Source: the human T2T-CHM13v2.0 reference genome, Homo sapiens
Direction: 5' to 3' (one strand)
NCBI RefSeq assembly: GCF_009914755.1
Contig: NC_060942.1
Length of the DNA: 64,000 nucleotides
Part shown: piece by piece, positions 29,750-44,570 of the stretch
Layout of the letters: every line of letters begins with the position of its first letter
Numbering within the stretch: position 1 is the stretch's first letter
Translations under genes and position numbers: made by a program
Notes under the pieces: model-generated
What the model saw: the letters and a program-made list of their open reading frames with translations, nothing else
Told to the model about the DNA's origin: nothing
The model's database searches: none

Positions 29750-32060
29750 CCAGGTGATAAGGCGTTCAGAGACTGCCAGCGGCAGCTGCTGGCTCAGGTG
29801 CGGCCTGTGTGGGAGGACTCGTGTCTCGGTGGTTACAGAGAAGCTGGCTTCCACGGTGTGAACCCGACTGAATCACAGGCCGCTTTTTTGTTCTCCCTCG
29901 GCCTTGGAGGGCCTGGGACGTTCCTGTTGCCCAACATCCTGGTGAGCTGAGAACATTCTGTAGATTAATTAGGTTCTCTCCTCTGGCTCAGCAGGTCTGT
30001 TCTAGCCATTTGACCAAAGGCTCTCTGATATTTTCTACCAGCCTTAGAACGACAGTCTGCAGATGTGTGCACATAAATGTCTGGGAGGAGCACACAGATA
30101 CTGTGGGAGGAGTGGGTCCGGCGTAGCTATTGGGAGATCTCGCTCGTACACATGGCGCTACATAGAAAGAATGCCCTGAGGTGAAGGTGACAGCTCGGCA
30201 GTTTCTTAATACCCTGAACTTGAGCGTGGCCTGCGCTAGAGAAAATACACGGTGCTTCTTAAAAACAAAAGCCAGCAGCCTGCGAGAGGGCTGTGCCTGC
30301 GAGTTCCTGGGAGCAGGAGGGGGCTGTTCCTCCGCCCCTGGCTCCAGTTTCACCCAAGTCACTTCACAGCAGTTGGAAGGAGGTCACCAATTGTGAGTGT
30401 AGGCGGGGGGCGGGGAGGGAGAGGAAGAGGGATGAAAAGGGAAGGCCCGGGTCAGCTGGGAGAGGAGCTCGCGGGCTTTCCGGCGGGCTGGCCTGAAGTG
30501 GAAGGGCCCAGGGCTGCCTGCCACCCTCAGATGCCACGCAGGTGTTGGGAGGGCACCCGTCTGTGGGCTCAGGGACGTGTTCCCACCGACAGGCACAGAA
30601 CGGAAAGCACCTTGGGGGAGAGGCCCTTCTCCCCATCTCAGGAGGGAGGCCGGGCCTGCAGACCTCCAGCCCTTCCCCAGCGCTCGCTGTGAGCTCCCCC
30701 CCCCCACCCGCCCCCCACGTGCTGGGGAGCAGGTCCGTTTCCCCACCAGTTTGCCTCTGGTCTTTGTGTTTGCTCTGAGGCCAGGCGCGCCCCCTGCTGC
30801 AGGCCTGGGCTCCTGTGTGGAGTTCTCCTTTCAGATGTTGCTAAAATGTCTTGAAAGGCTGCGGCCACACCAACAGACGTCGTCCGGCCTTCTTCACACG
30901 CAACGAAGCGCCCAGGTGGAAATGCATGTACCCGCGGCAGCTTCTCGGCAGCGGGCTTCCTGGGACGGAAGACACAGGCTCGCCCGAGGGAGACGGAAGC
31001 AGGGGATCTGCTAGAACTCAGCTCGCCTCCTCCTTTCTCAGCAGGGCAGAGAATCATGGGCTTGTGCTGACGAAAGCTCCAGAAAATGGACTCATTTAAC
31101 CTTTCCAAAGATATTATCCAAGCTGCAAAATCTTGGCAATCTGAAGACCTTTTAAGTCGATATACCAAAGAGCTTTAGTCAGGATTGAATGCAAAATGCC
31201 AAAATTTCACTTTTAAAATCATCGTAACATCTAAATACAACCTAAGCACACTTGTAAACTGATGCCGAACAGGCACTTGGAGAGCCCTCCCTGCACCCCT
31301 TCCTCGCCCCCTCCTTTGTGCAAATGCTGTTTGCCCAGAACTTCAGCCACTGAAAATCCTGGGAACCTTCTCTTCCTGGCTGCCAACCTAGCAGTTTGGA
31401 CTCACAGACGAGATTTTTAAATCACTGAGGGATTTAAGCCTCTCTGTGTCACAGAAAAGCGAACACCCTCCCAGTTGAAGGTGGCCCCAAAGATGCGGGC
31501 CTGGGACCCAGGACTTCTGCAGGAGAGTGGACGCCTGGGTGCCCCCCGCCTTGCCCTGCACATGGTAGGTGCTCAATAATTACACAATAAATATTCACAC
31601 AAAGCAGTGATTCTGCCGAAGAGATCCACTGCAATGCACCTGGCTTCCTAGAAGCAATAAATGAAAAGCTTTTCTATTTTTTTAAGAAAAGAAAAGATTA
31701 ATGAAGCCCTGACGTAGAGGCAGAGAGCTCAACAGAATCCAGTGACTCAAGGCGTGCGCAGAAGCAATTTGCTTCTGAAACTCTAAACACCGTTCTTTAG
31801 TACTTCCTGACACTCCTCAGCAGCAAGCAAATAAATATTTACATGTGGAAGGAGACTGTCCTTTGAAATGTAGGTTGTTCCATTCAGAAGAGAAATACGG
31901 CAAGGTGCCACTGCTTTAGTGGCAACACGCGTTATTATTTATGTTTTCCAGTTTGAAAATCGTGCACTTTCTATCAGGACCCTTAAATGGTAAACACTGA
32001 TTCCCACGTGAAGCGAATTAGTCCAGCAGCCACCCCCCCCTTGGTGGTTCAGGGACAACA
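29750..32060. promoter_or_regulatory. Repeat-poor GC/CpG-enriched candidate enhancer/promoter region
   Basis: Retained CpGs at 30100-31020, GC boxes (30403, 30695-30716), AP-1 TGACTCA at 31743, CACGTG at about 30716 and 32005. Motif-level evidence only. Confidence 0.4.
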
Positions 32061-34861
32061 GCATAAGCTTTGACAAATCACCCTTTGTTTTATGCTTTGA
32101 TTACCTGGTGAGCTAAAAACAATGATAGTAAAAGCCTGGACCTGCCATGTATTCAGTCTGCATTTGTTACTCTCCCCTTTCTTCCATTTATGAGTTTGTT
32201 CCCAAAAGATTTTTTTAAAAAAATTCTGACTTGAGTAACTTTTCCTCTGATCTGATCTGTTGTCAAATTAGTGGGTGGCAGGAGAAAGCCAGTCACATGA
32301 TATCATCGTTTCCTATTCAAACAGACGGCTTTTTTTTTTTTTCAGTAAAAATACTCGACTGCAAGACTATGAGTGTGCAGATAATTCTGCTGCTTACTCC
32401 GATTGGAGGTGTCTCCAGGGAGTTTCCAAGCACAGGAAGCATTCCTGCTCTGAGGTTTCGGAAGAACACTTTCAGCAGGATTTTGGGTCACTGAAATGAA
32501 AGTGAACTATGCTCTGTACAAATGTATCATGTTTAATTCAGGAGAAATTCATGCATTTCTTTGTTCTATAAATATTTACTGGCAGCTCGTTTTGTATAGG
32601 AGGCTGCCACCTCCCAAAAGCCCCCTGCTCCTCGAGTGGGTTGAGCCTGAAACCCCACATCCACAGACGTGCCCAGCGGCCTTGGGTGCTCAACACAGGC
32701 TCGTTCAGGTACGACCAGATAACGGGGCATACCTGGTCCCAGAGTTCAAGGGCTTGTCTTATTTTATTTTAAACATCAGACTCTAACTGCTTGTTTAATC
32801 TAAATGTTAGCAATCAACCTACAGCCACCTGAAATATGTGAGTGGTGTTTAACAGATGATAAAGATCATATATTACTTGCATGGAAAGAATGTAGAAATA
32901 TAGGTGTCCCTTTTAGTCTTTAGTGTGTCCCCATAATCAATGTCCCCAGCTCATTAATGAAAAGGTCCCCTCCTCCTCCCCCATCGCTGCCCTCATTCCT
33001 ATAATGTAAACAGCCACCAATGGCTCCTATTTCTTTGTTCAAACAAACAATAGCCTTATAACGAAGAAGAAAATTAGTATCAGGTGAAAGCCTCACTTCA
33101 GGGTGCTTATGGCTTTTTCTTTTTTCAGAATAACAGAGTACACCAGTCATCATAAGAAGAAAAATTCACATTTAAAGTTTGGAAAGCAACAGGACAAAGG
33201 TCTGTCTTCAGTGGTGCGTAGACATGCTCGTGATTGAATTGGAAATAGTTCTCTTTCCTTCTCTCTGACTTCCTAACTGAAAAGCTGCAGCGTGGGGAGA
33301 AAGGCTGCTCAGAAGCCTGGAGCCAGAACACGCACCCCGGCTTTTGCAGGGCCGGCTCACTTGGTTAGAATCAAAGGAAAAGCCTTGTTATTTGGGAAGC
33401 TGGGCGTCCTCACCAAATTAGGGGATTTAATTTGCAGATATCTAAGGAGTGCTTTGAAATGAAAGATGAACTAAAATCTGCTCTGAGGCCCGTGATTTTT
33501 CACCAGTGAAGGACTCTCTTGCTGCTGGACATACATGAAAAGCATCATCTGATCTGAAACGCAAGTCCCTGCAAGACAGAGGAGAGACTTTATAAACATT
33601 TTATACCATTCTATGAAATCAATTCGATTCAGGGCTAGAATTCAAGAAGTAATCCATGGGCGAGTATATCTGATGGTAAACCCAAACGATTATATTGTTA
33701 ACCTCTTGTACTTTTTTTAATTTTTTATTATTTGATATTATTATCACAAAAGTCGCTGGAACAGGATCTATGAGCTGCTTCTTCACTGCTTAGTGTTTTC
33801 AGAAGCTGATGGATTATTAAGCTCCAATTGAATACTTGATTTCCAATGATTCCATTAATTTTTCTGGTTTGTGGTAGGATTTGATTTACTTATTTTGTAC
33901 TTTAACACACCAATAAAAAATAGATACTAAGAAATAGTGAAATTTGTTGCTTCAAAATAACCCTTAAAATTTAGAGTTTAGTGAAATTAAGCAATTCAAA
34001 TAGAGAAACGATTATCCTTCATTTCCTTAAGGCACAGAAATTGAGACTAGGTTCAAGAACCTTCATATTTTAAAAACTGGAAAATACTGGCTAAGTGAGG
34101 ACTGGGCGGTCATACTCCACACATGCTCTGTGTGCTTGGAGCGAAGAGGGGAATGCACTGAATGAGATGAACTGGAAGGAGGTGCAGCAGCGAAGGAAAT
34201 CCTTCTGTTGGGAGAGTTCACGTGTTTAGGATAATCCTTCGAATAGGACGCAACAGTGATGTGAGGAGAAGCTTTGGAGCTGATTTAGATTGAGACAGTC
34301 TATCACAGGCTGTTTGGTTGCATCCCTTTGGGGCCAGTCTCATTTTAGGTCTAAATATGCAGGAATGGGGCTCTGGCTTCCAGAAGTTTCAGGCTGCAAA
34401 AGGCTGGGGCCACCATCTTTACAGATAATCCATTAGTTTGATTCTCTTGGGGGCCAGGAAGAAAACCAAGAACACTCAATGGACTATGGGACTCAAATAA
34501 TCCACAGGAGGCGTTTGTAAAGGGGCAAAACTGTGTGTGCCCAGTAATTCTTGGAGCTTGCAATAGAGGTGGAGAAGCAGTGATGGGCCCCACAGCAGCA
34601 GGGGCTTGGGAATGACGGAAAAGAACAAAATGATGGAAGGACAGCTGGAAGAAACAGGGAAGCTTCCTTTTAACTGGATGCTGGGTCTCAGCCTTGAATA
34701 GTTCCTGGCCTTCGGAGGCCTTTTCTCAGGGAGCATGGCCTGGGGACTCCCTGCTTGCTCTGCTGAGCTTTCAGGGAAGGAGAAATGGGCAAGGCCAGAG
34801 GCGACCATCAGGTGCTCCGTAGGCACAGAGGCAGAACTCAAGGTTTAGCTTTACCTTAAGA

Positions 34862-35352
34862 GGGTGACTGCAAAGTGTGCTCCCTGGACCAGGGGCCTCG
34901 GCCTCACCTGGGAGCTTGCTAAAAATGCAAGTTGCTCTCACCCAGACTGAATCTAAAATTCTGGGTACAGCCCAGCAATCTCTGCTCACACTTTCTCCAG
35001 ATGATTCTGGTGCAAGCTAACCTTTCAAAAGTCCTGGGTCCCATTCCCAGAGGCTGTGATTAAGTTGGTCTAGGGCTGTGGCCTAGACCTGGGGGTTTTG
35101 GAAGCCCACAGCTGATTCTGTTGTGCAGCCATGGTTGGCAGGCTGTTCACGGTGCTGTTCAACAGGTCCTGCTGTGGGATGGAAAGGGTCTGTATCTGCA
35201 CTGGCCAATGTGGGAGCCAGCCCTGTGGCTATTGAGCACTTGGCCCCTGGCTAGTGCAACTGAGGAGCTGAATTTTTCATTTCATTTACTTTTAATTAAG
35301 TTTAAATAGCTAAATGTGGCTATTGTCTGCCTTATTGGATAGCAGAGTTCTA
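34862..35352. mobile_element. Cluster of MER5 and MER3 hAT fragments
   Basis: caaagtgtgctccctggaccag...tcacctgggagcttgctaaaaatgca (MER5A); gtggctattgagcacttgg...gctagtgcaactgaggagctgaatttt (MER3). Confidence 0.7.
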
Positions 35353-35402
35353 GAACCACAGATAAATGTAATACTGTCCCTTTAGTTGATTTAAAAATCC
35401 AA

Positions 35403-35685
<283 letters not shown>

Positions 35686-36187
35686 TTAAATATTTAAGTT
35701 GATAAGAAAAATGGTAGTCGAGTCTTTGAGGATTATTTTAAAATCCACTTTTGGTGATAAATAGATAAAAACAGTGTGGTAGGGCCCAGAAGTTCTTCCT
35801 GATTTCTACCTGTTGGAGCTGAATTCCTCAATTTTACTTGTAGGAGAACGGCTTCCTAAAGGGCACCTTACCCAGCCATTCCTGCATGCAAGTGTGTATG
35901 AGAACTGCAGGGGGCATTATATGAAAATCCAATTCCTGGGCTCTATCCCAGATGTTCCTATCCAATAGGTCTGGGTTGGGGCCCTGGAAACTGCATTTTT
36001 GGCAAACCCCTTACTGATTTGGATGCACAAGTTTCAAGGAACAGGCACTAAGGATCGCTGATGTAGAATCTGTTTGTCCATCCAGGAAAGCCAGAGTCAC
36101 CACACTTGAGTAAATGGGTTTTGATGTAGGAAAGGTCTTTATAATTCTTTCATGAATTCACCAAACTTTAAAAACTGTACTATTTTT

Positions 36188-36492
<305 letters not shown>

Positions 36493-38563
36493 GCGGTAGT
36501 ATTTTCAAGACTGTGCTAAGCTGGAGGAGAAATCGGTGAACAGGGTTCAGTGCCTCCCTTTAACTAATAACATAAATACACTTCGTGTTGCTGTGTAGTT
36601 AATATTCGCAGCTGCTGAAGGTGCTGCAATTCACCGGGTGACTGCTGAAAACTCCAATCAGTGCCTGACTTATGTTCCTTTCCACACTGCACAGGAAGGG
36701 CCTTTTTGGGTAGTGTCTACAGCTGTTAACTGTTTGTGGGCTCAGCCTTCAGATGCTGTGTTACAGAAAGCCCTTACCGCAATCCTAAATGCTGCTTCTT
36801 TTATTAATGGTACTGTCATTTATTTAGGGCCTCCTGTATGTTAGGCAATCCACAAACATTGCACATAGCATGAATGTATTGTTCAAACTGAAATATTTTT
36901 GAAAGTAAATGGGGACAAATTAAAAATTCTTTCAGGACAGCAAAACTGTGGGACACACTGGGAGGTACTGTCACCTTAATTAGACATCATCATTACTGGG
37001 GGAATGAGAATTATGAGGTCACACAGCTAGGAAGGGGCCAAGGCCCCAGCATAGGTCTGTCTAATTCTATCCTGGGTTGAATTCTGTGCCCCAAAATTCA
37101 TGTCTACCCAGAAACTCATAATTTGACCTTATTTGGAAATACGGTCTTTGAAGACATAATTAATTAAGATGAGGTCATATTGTCCACTGCCTGGCTAAGT
37201 ATTGAAGGTGTGTCCCAACCTGCACAGGGTCCATTGGCAAAACCTGGGAGACTTACCGATTCCAAGTAGTTAAGGAAATCTCTAATTATTAGCTGATTTC
37301 TAAGCTAACTAAGGAGAGACTTCAGTGGCTATACATGACAAAGAATAGAGACTTTACAGAATTAGTTCAGAAAAGTCACTAAAGAAACAATTAGCTATAC
37401 CTATAACAAACAACAACAAATCCTCAAGAGGGGAAAAATATTTCCAGAATTGTCACATTATATTATCTAAAATACCTAGTTTTAAATACAAAATTATGAG
37501 ACATGCAAAGAAACAAGAAAATATTACTCATTCACAGGATAGGAACTGTCCCTGAGGAAGCTTAGACATTGGGCTTACTCAACAAAAACTTTGAATCAGC
37601 TATTTTAAATAGATTCAAAGAACTAAAGAAAACCATGTCTAAAGGTCTGAGGAAGGGATGATAATGCTGTTTCAAGAAACAGAGAATATTAAAAGTGACA
37701 TATAAATTATAAAGAAGAATCAAATAGAAATTCTGGAGTTAAAAAGTACAGTAATGGAAATACAAAATTTGCCAAAAGAAAGTCTTAACAGCATACTTGA
37801 GCAACAAAAGAAGCAAATTTGAAGGTATGTCTATAGAGATTACATAGCCAGAAGAAAAGAAATTAAAAGAATAAAGAAAAGACAAGGAGCCTCAGAGACC
37901 TGTGTGACAACTTTAAGCATAAAAATATATGCGTAATGGGAATCCAAGAAGGAGTAAAGAGAAAGAGGCTGAATGAATATTGGAATAAATAATGACCAAA
38001 ATCTTCCCAAACCGGTTGAAAGACATAAATCTGTACATCCAAGAAGTTTGATAAACTCCAAGTAGAATAAACTCAAACAGATCCACATCAAGACACATCA
38101 TAATGAAACTTTCAAAAGATAAAGACAAAGAGAGAATCTTGAAAGCAGCAAGAGAGAAGCAACTCCTCATGTATAAGCAATTCTCAATAAAATTTATAGC
38201 TCATTTCTCATCAGAAGGAAATCCTTCAGGGTAAGATGAAGGTATCCTAGAAAATAAATTGAATCCACACAAAGAATAAAAGAACACTGATAAAAGTATC
38301 TACAAAAGTAAACATATAAGACAGTTATTAATGTAATTTTTGTTTGTAACTTCTCTCTTTTCTCTTTTTTCTTTATTTTGTATTTCAATAGGTTTTTGGG
38401 GAACAAGTGGTGTTCGGTTACATGAATAAGTTCATTAGTGGTGATTTCTGAGATTTTGAAGCATCCATCACCGAAGCAGCATACACTGTACCCAATGTGT
38501 AGTGTTTTATCCATCATCCCCTCCCACCCTTTCCCCTGAGTCCCCAAAGTCCATTGTATTATT

Positions 38564-38945
38564 ATTATTTGTACTTTAAGTTCTGGGATACATGTGCAGA
38601 ATGTGCAGGTTTTTTACATAGGTATACATGTGCCACAGTGGTTTGCTGCACCCACCAACCTATCATCTAGGTTTTAAGCCCCACATGCATTAGGTATTTC
38701 TCCTAATGTTGTCCCTCTCCTAGGCCCCCCATCCCCTGACAGGCCCCAGTGTGTGATGTTCCCCCCCTGTGTCCATGTGTTCTCACTGTTCAGCTCCCAC
38801 TTATGAGTGAGAACATACGGTGTTTGGTTTTCTGTTCCTGTGTTAGTTTGCTGAGAATGATGGTTTTGACCTTCATCCATGTCCCTGCAAAGGACATGAA
38901 CTCATTCTTTTTTATGGCTGCATAGTATTCCATAGTGTATATGTG
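38564..38945 (-). mobile_element. L1PA (PA7/PA8-like) 3' end nested in the L1PB 3'UTR
   Basis: ttaagttctgggatacatgtgcagaatgtgcagg...; TSD ccattgtattatt at 38551 and 38946. Confidence 0.88.
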
Positions 38946-39126
38946 CCATTGTATTATTCTTATGCTTTTACATCCTCACAGTTTAGCTCCCACTTATGAG
39001 TGAGAACATACCATGTTTGGTTTTCCATTTCTGAGTCACTTCACTTAGAATAATGGTCTCCAATTCTATCCAAGTTGTTGGGAATGCCATTATTTCATTC
39101 CTTTTTATGGCTGAGTAGTATTCCAT

Positions 39127-39127
<1 letters not shown>

Positions 39128-39169
<42 letters not shown>
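39128..39169. repeat. (GT)n microsatellite
   Basis: Direct reading. Confidence 0.95.
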
Positions 39170-39171
<2 letters not shown>

Positions 39172-40649
39172 CACATTTTCTTTATTCATTTGTTGATGGA
39201 TGGACATGTGGGCTGGTTCCATATTTTTGCAATTGCAAATTGTGCTGCTATAAACATGGCATGTGTAAGTTTCTTATAAGGACTTTTTCCCTTTGGGTAG
39301 ATACCTAGTACTGGGATTGCTGGATCAAACAGTGGGTCTACTTTTAGCTCTTTAAGGAATCACCACACTGTTTTCCATAATGGTTGTACTAGTTTATATT
39401 CCCACCAACGGTGTAAAAGTGTTCCCTTTCTACCACATCCATGTCAACATCTATTATTTTTTGAATTTTGAGTATAGCCATTCTTGCAGGAGTGGGGTGG
39501 TACCACATTGTGGTTTTGATTTGCATTTCCCTGATAATTAGTGATGTTAAGCATTTTTCCATATGCTTGTTGGCCATTTGTATATCTTTGAGAATCTCAC
39601 TTTTTGATGGGATTGTTTTTTTCTTGCTGATTTGTTTGAGCTCTTTGTAGCTTCTGGATATTAGTCCTTTGTCGGATATATAGATTGTGAAGATTTTCTC
39701 CCATTCTGTGGGTTGCCTGTTAACTGTGCTGATTATTTGTTTTGCTGTTGCAGAAGCTTTTTAGTTTAATTAAGTCCCATCTATTTATCTTTGCTTTTGT
39801 TGCATTTGCATTTGGGTTCTTGGTCATGAAGTCTTTGCCTAAGTCAAGGTCTAGAAGGGTTTTTCCAATGTTATCTTCTGAATTTTTATGATTTCAGGTC
39901 TTAGATTTAAGTCTTTGATCTATCTTGAGTTGATTTTTGTACAAGGTGAGAGATGAGGATCCAGTTTCATTCTTCTACATATGGCTTGCCATGTACTTCA
40001 GCACCATTTTTTGAATAGGGTGTCCTTGCCCAGCTTTATGTTTTTGTTTGCTTTTTCAAAGATCAGTTGGCTCTAAGTATTTGGCTTTATTTCTGGGGTT
40101 TCCTATTCTATTCCATTGCTCTATATGCCTATTTTTATACCAGTACCATGCTGTTTTGGTGACTATGGCCTTATAGTATAGTTTGAAGTCGGATATGTGA
40201 TGCCTCCAGATTTGTTCTTTTTGCTTAGTTTTGCTTTGGCTTTGCGGGCTCTGTTTTGGTTCCATATAAATTTTAGGATTTTTTTTCTAGTTCTGTGAAG
40301 AATGATGGTGGTATCTTGATGGGAATTGCACTGAATTTGTAGATTGCTTTTGGCAGTATGGTCATTTTCACAATATTGATTCTACCCATCCGTGAGCATG
40401 GAATGTGTTTCCATTTGTTTGTGCCATCTATTATTTCTTTCAGCAGTGTTTTGTAGTTTTCCTTGTAGAGGTCTTTCACTTCCTTGGTTAGCTATATTCC
40501 TAAGTATATTATTATTATGATTATGATTATTATTATTATTATTATTATTATTATTTTGCAGCTATTGTAAAAGGGGGTGAGTTCTTGATTTGATTCTCAG
40601 CTTGGTCACTGCTGGTGTACAGCAGAGCTACTGATTTGCATATATTAAT

Positions 40650-40962
<313 letters not shown>

Positions 40963-41671
40963 TGATATGTATATATTAATTTTGTATCCTGAATCTTTGC
41001 TGAATTAATTTACCAGTTCTAGGAACTTTTTGGATGAGTATTTAGGGTTTTCTAGGTATACAATTATATCATTAGCAGTGACAGTTTGATTTCCTCTTTA
41101 CCAATTTGGATGCCCTTGATTTCTTTCTCTTGTCTGATTGCCCTGGCTAGGGCTTCCGTTACTATGTTGAATAGAAGTGGTGAAAGTGGGCATCCTTGTC
41201 TTGTTCCAGTTCTCAGAGGGAACGCTTTCAACTTTTCCCCGTTCAATATAATGTTGGCTGTGGGTTTGTCATAAATGGCTTTTATTACCTTAAGGTATGT
41301 CCCTTCTACGCCAGTTTTGCTGAGGGTTTTAATTATAAAGCGATGCTGGATTTTGTCAAATGCTTTTTCTGCATCTATTGAGGTGATCATGTGATTTTTA
41401 ATAACTTCGCTTTTTTTTCTATCTGATTTAAAAGGCAACTGTATAAAACAAAATTTATAAATCTATTTTTGATGGGCACTTAAGGTATAAAGATATTTTG
41501 TGACAATAGCAGCATGGAGAGCAGAGCTATAAAGAAACAAAGTTTTTATATTTAGTTGAAATCAAGTTGGTATGAATCCAAACTAGATTTTCAGAAATTA
41601 AGATGCTAATTTTAATCCCCAGGGCGACTACTTAGAAAATAACTCACAAATATAAGTAAAAGAAACAAACA

Positions 41672-42150
<479 letters not shown>

Positions 42151-42296
42151 AGGAAACATCCTTCATTATCAGTAATTATATTAAATGCAAATGAATTAAA
42201 TTCTACAATAATTCTACAATGAAAAGGCAGAGATTTGCAGCATGGATTTAAAAAACTACTTGATCCAAGTATATGCTCTTCACAAAAGACACTTTC

Positions 42297-42729
42297 TTTT
42301 TTTTTCTTTTAAGTTCTGGGGTACATGTGCAGGATGTGCAGGTTTGTTACCGTAGGTAAATGTGTGCCATGGTGACTTGCTGCACCTATCAATCCATCAC
42401 CTAGGTATTAAGCCCAGCATGCATTAGCTATTTTTCCTGATGCTCTCCCTCCTCCCCACAGCTCCGGACAGGCCCTAGTGTGTGTTGTTCCCCTCCCTGT
42501 GTCTATGTGTTCATGTTGTTCAGCTCCTGCTTATAAGTAAGAACATGCCGTGTTTGGTTTTCTGTTCCTGCATTAGTTTGCTGAGGATAATGCCTTCCAG
42601 CTCCATCCATGTCCCTGCAAAGGACATTATCTCATTCCTTTTTACGGCTGCATAGTATTCCATGGTGTATATGTACCATGTTTTCTTTATCCAGTCTATC
42701 ATTAATGGACATTTGGATTGATTCCATGT
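42297..42729 (-). mobile_element. L1PA 3' end
   Basis: Perfect 15-bp TSD acaaaagacactttc at 42282-42296 and 42730-42744. Confidence 0.92.
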
Positions 42730-43535
42730 ACAAAAGACACTTTCAATTCAAAGATATAAGTAGGTTGAAAGTCAAAGAATGGAAAAAAATATTCCTTGCA
42801 AACAGTAACCAAAAGAGAGCTGGAGGGCTATACTAACACTAGGCAAAAAAGACTTTATGACAAGAATTGTTATAAGAGATAAAAGAGTCACTCCATTAAG
42901 AAGATATGACAATTAGGAACATATATGCACCTGCAAACAGAGCCTCCAAAATACGTAAAGTTATGAGATAATTGAAAAGAGAAAGAGTTCAACAATAATA
43001 TTTATTTGAAGATTTCAATATACCCCTTTCAATAATGGATAGAACAACTAAACAGAAGATCATCAAGGAAACAGAAGACTTGAAAAAATTATAAACCTAC
43101 TAGACCTAATAGACATTTATAGGACACTCCACTCAACAACAGCAGAATGCCCATTCTTCTCAATTATACATGGAGCATTCTCCAGGATAGACCATATGTT
43201 ATGACATAAGTCTTTATAAATTCACGTCATACAAAGTATCTTCTCCAACCCAATGGAATAAAACTAGAAATTAATAATAGAAGAAAAACTGGAAAATTCA
43301 CAATATGTGGAAATTAAACAACACACCTAAACAATCAATGGATCAAAGAAGAAATCACAAAGGAAATTAGAGAATATTTGGAGATGTATGAAAGCAAAAA
43401 CACACAATACCAAAACCATGGGAAGCAGTATTTAGAGAAACATTTATAGTTGTAAAATTCTGCATTTGAAAAGAATAAATGTCTCAAATCAATAACCTAG
43501 CTTTGTACGTTAAGGAACTAGAAAAAGAAGAGCAG

Positions 43536-43697
43536 GCAGGGCATGGTGGCTCACACCTGTAATCCCAGCACTTTAGGAGGCTGAGGCAGGCGGATCACAA
43601 GGAGGCAGAGGTTGCAGTGAGCCGAGATCGCGCCACTGCACTCCAGCCTAGGCAACAGAGCGAGACTCTGTCTCAAATAAATAAATAAATAAATAAA
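43536..43697 (+). mobile_element. Monomer-length chimeric Alu (left-arm start fused to right-arm end)
   Basis: ...ggcggatcacaa|ggaggcagaggttgcagtgagccgagatcgcgcc...; (TAAA)n tail; TSD aaaagaagagca. Confidence 0.88.
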
Positions 43698-43973
43698 GGA
43701 AAAGAAGAGCAAACTGAAACCCAAAACAAGCAAAAGAAGTAAACAATAAAGATTAGACTAGTGATAACAAAGTAGACAATAGAAAAATGAGAAAAGAAGT
43801 GAAACCAAAAATTGGCTCTTTGAAAAAAAAAAAAAATCAACAAAATTGACAGACCTTTAGCTAGTCTGACCAAGAAAACAGTGAGAAGATTCAAATAACT
43901 AAAATTAGGAATGGAAGCAGGGACATTGCTACCAACTTCACAGGAAAAAAATGAATAAGACTATAATAATTGT

Positions 43974-44570
43974 ATGCTACTAGGATTTGGATGTGGTTTG
44001 TTCTTACCAAAACTTGTGTTGAAATTTCCTTCCCCATATGGCAGTGTTGAGGGGTGAAGTCTAGTGAAAATGTTTGAGTCTGGGGGTGGGTCCCTCATTG
44101 ACAGATTAATGCCATCTTGTGGCAGTAAGTTCTCACTCTCATGGGACATTGTGAGTCCTGATTTCAGCAGCAGCTGTTCCAGATGTACTGTCCTTATTAA
44201 CATGCAGCCATTATTCTGCATGTTTCTGTGTGGATATTTTTAGATAAGATTAGCATTTAAATTGGTGGACTTTCAGTAAAGCAAATTGCCTTCTGTAATG
44301 TGGGTGGGCCTCATCTAATCAGTCGAAGGACTGAATAAATCAGCCTAACCTCTCCAGAGCAAAAAGGAATTCTGTGGCAGACAGTCTTCAGACTTGAACT
44401 GCAGTCTTGGCTCTTCCTTAGATCTCCAGCCTGCCAGTCAACCCTGCAGATTTTGGAGTAGCCAACTTCCACAACTGCATGAACCAATTCCTTAAAATAA
44501 GTCTCTTTATGTGTGCACTACATATACACATCCTGTTGTTCCTCTTTCTCTGGAGAACTCTGACTAACAC
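43974..44570 (+). mobile_element. MST-type fragment followed by an MLT2 (ERVL) LTR
   Basis: aatgtgggtgggcctcatctaatcagt...ccaattccttaaaataa...ctctggagaactctgactaacac. Confidence 0.75.

Noticed and set aside
29988-31168. Cluster of 90-176 aa ORFs
   Set aside because: Expected in GC-rich DNA; overlapping on both strands with no domain signature.
41064-41438. Reverse-transcriptase-like ORF
   Set aside because: Fragment of a truncated, frameshifted L1 ORF2, not a functional gene.
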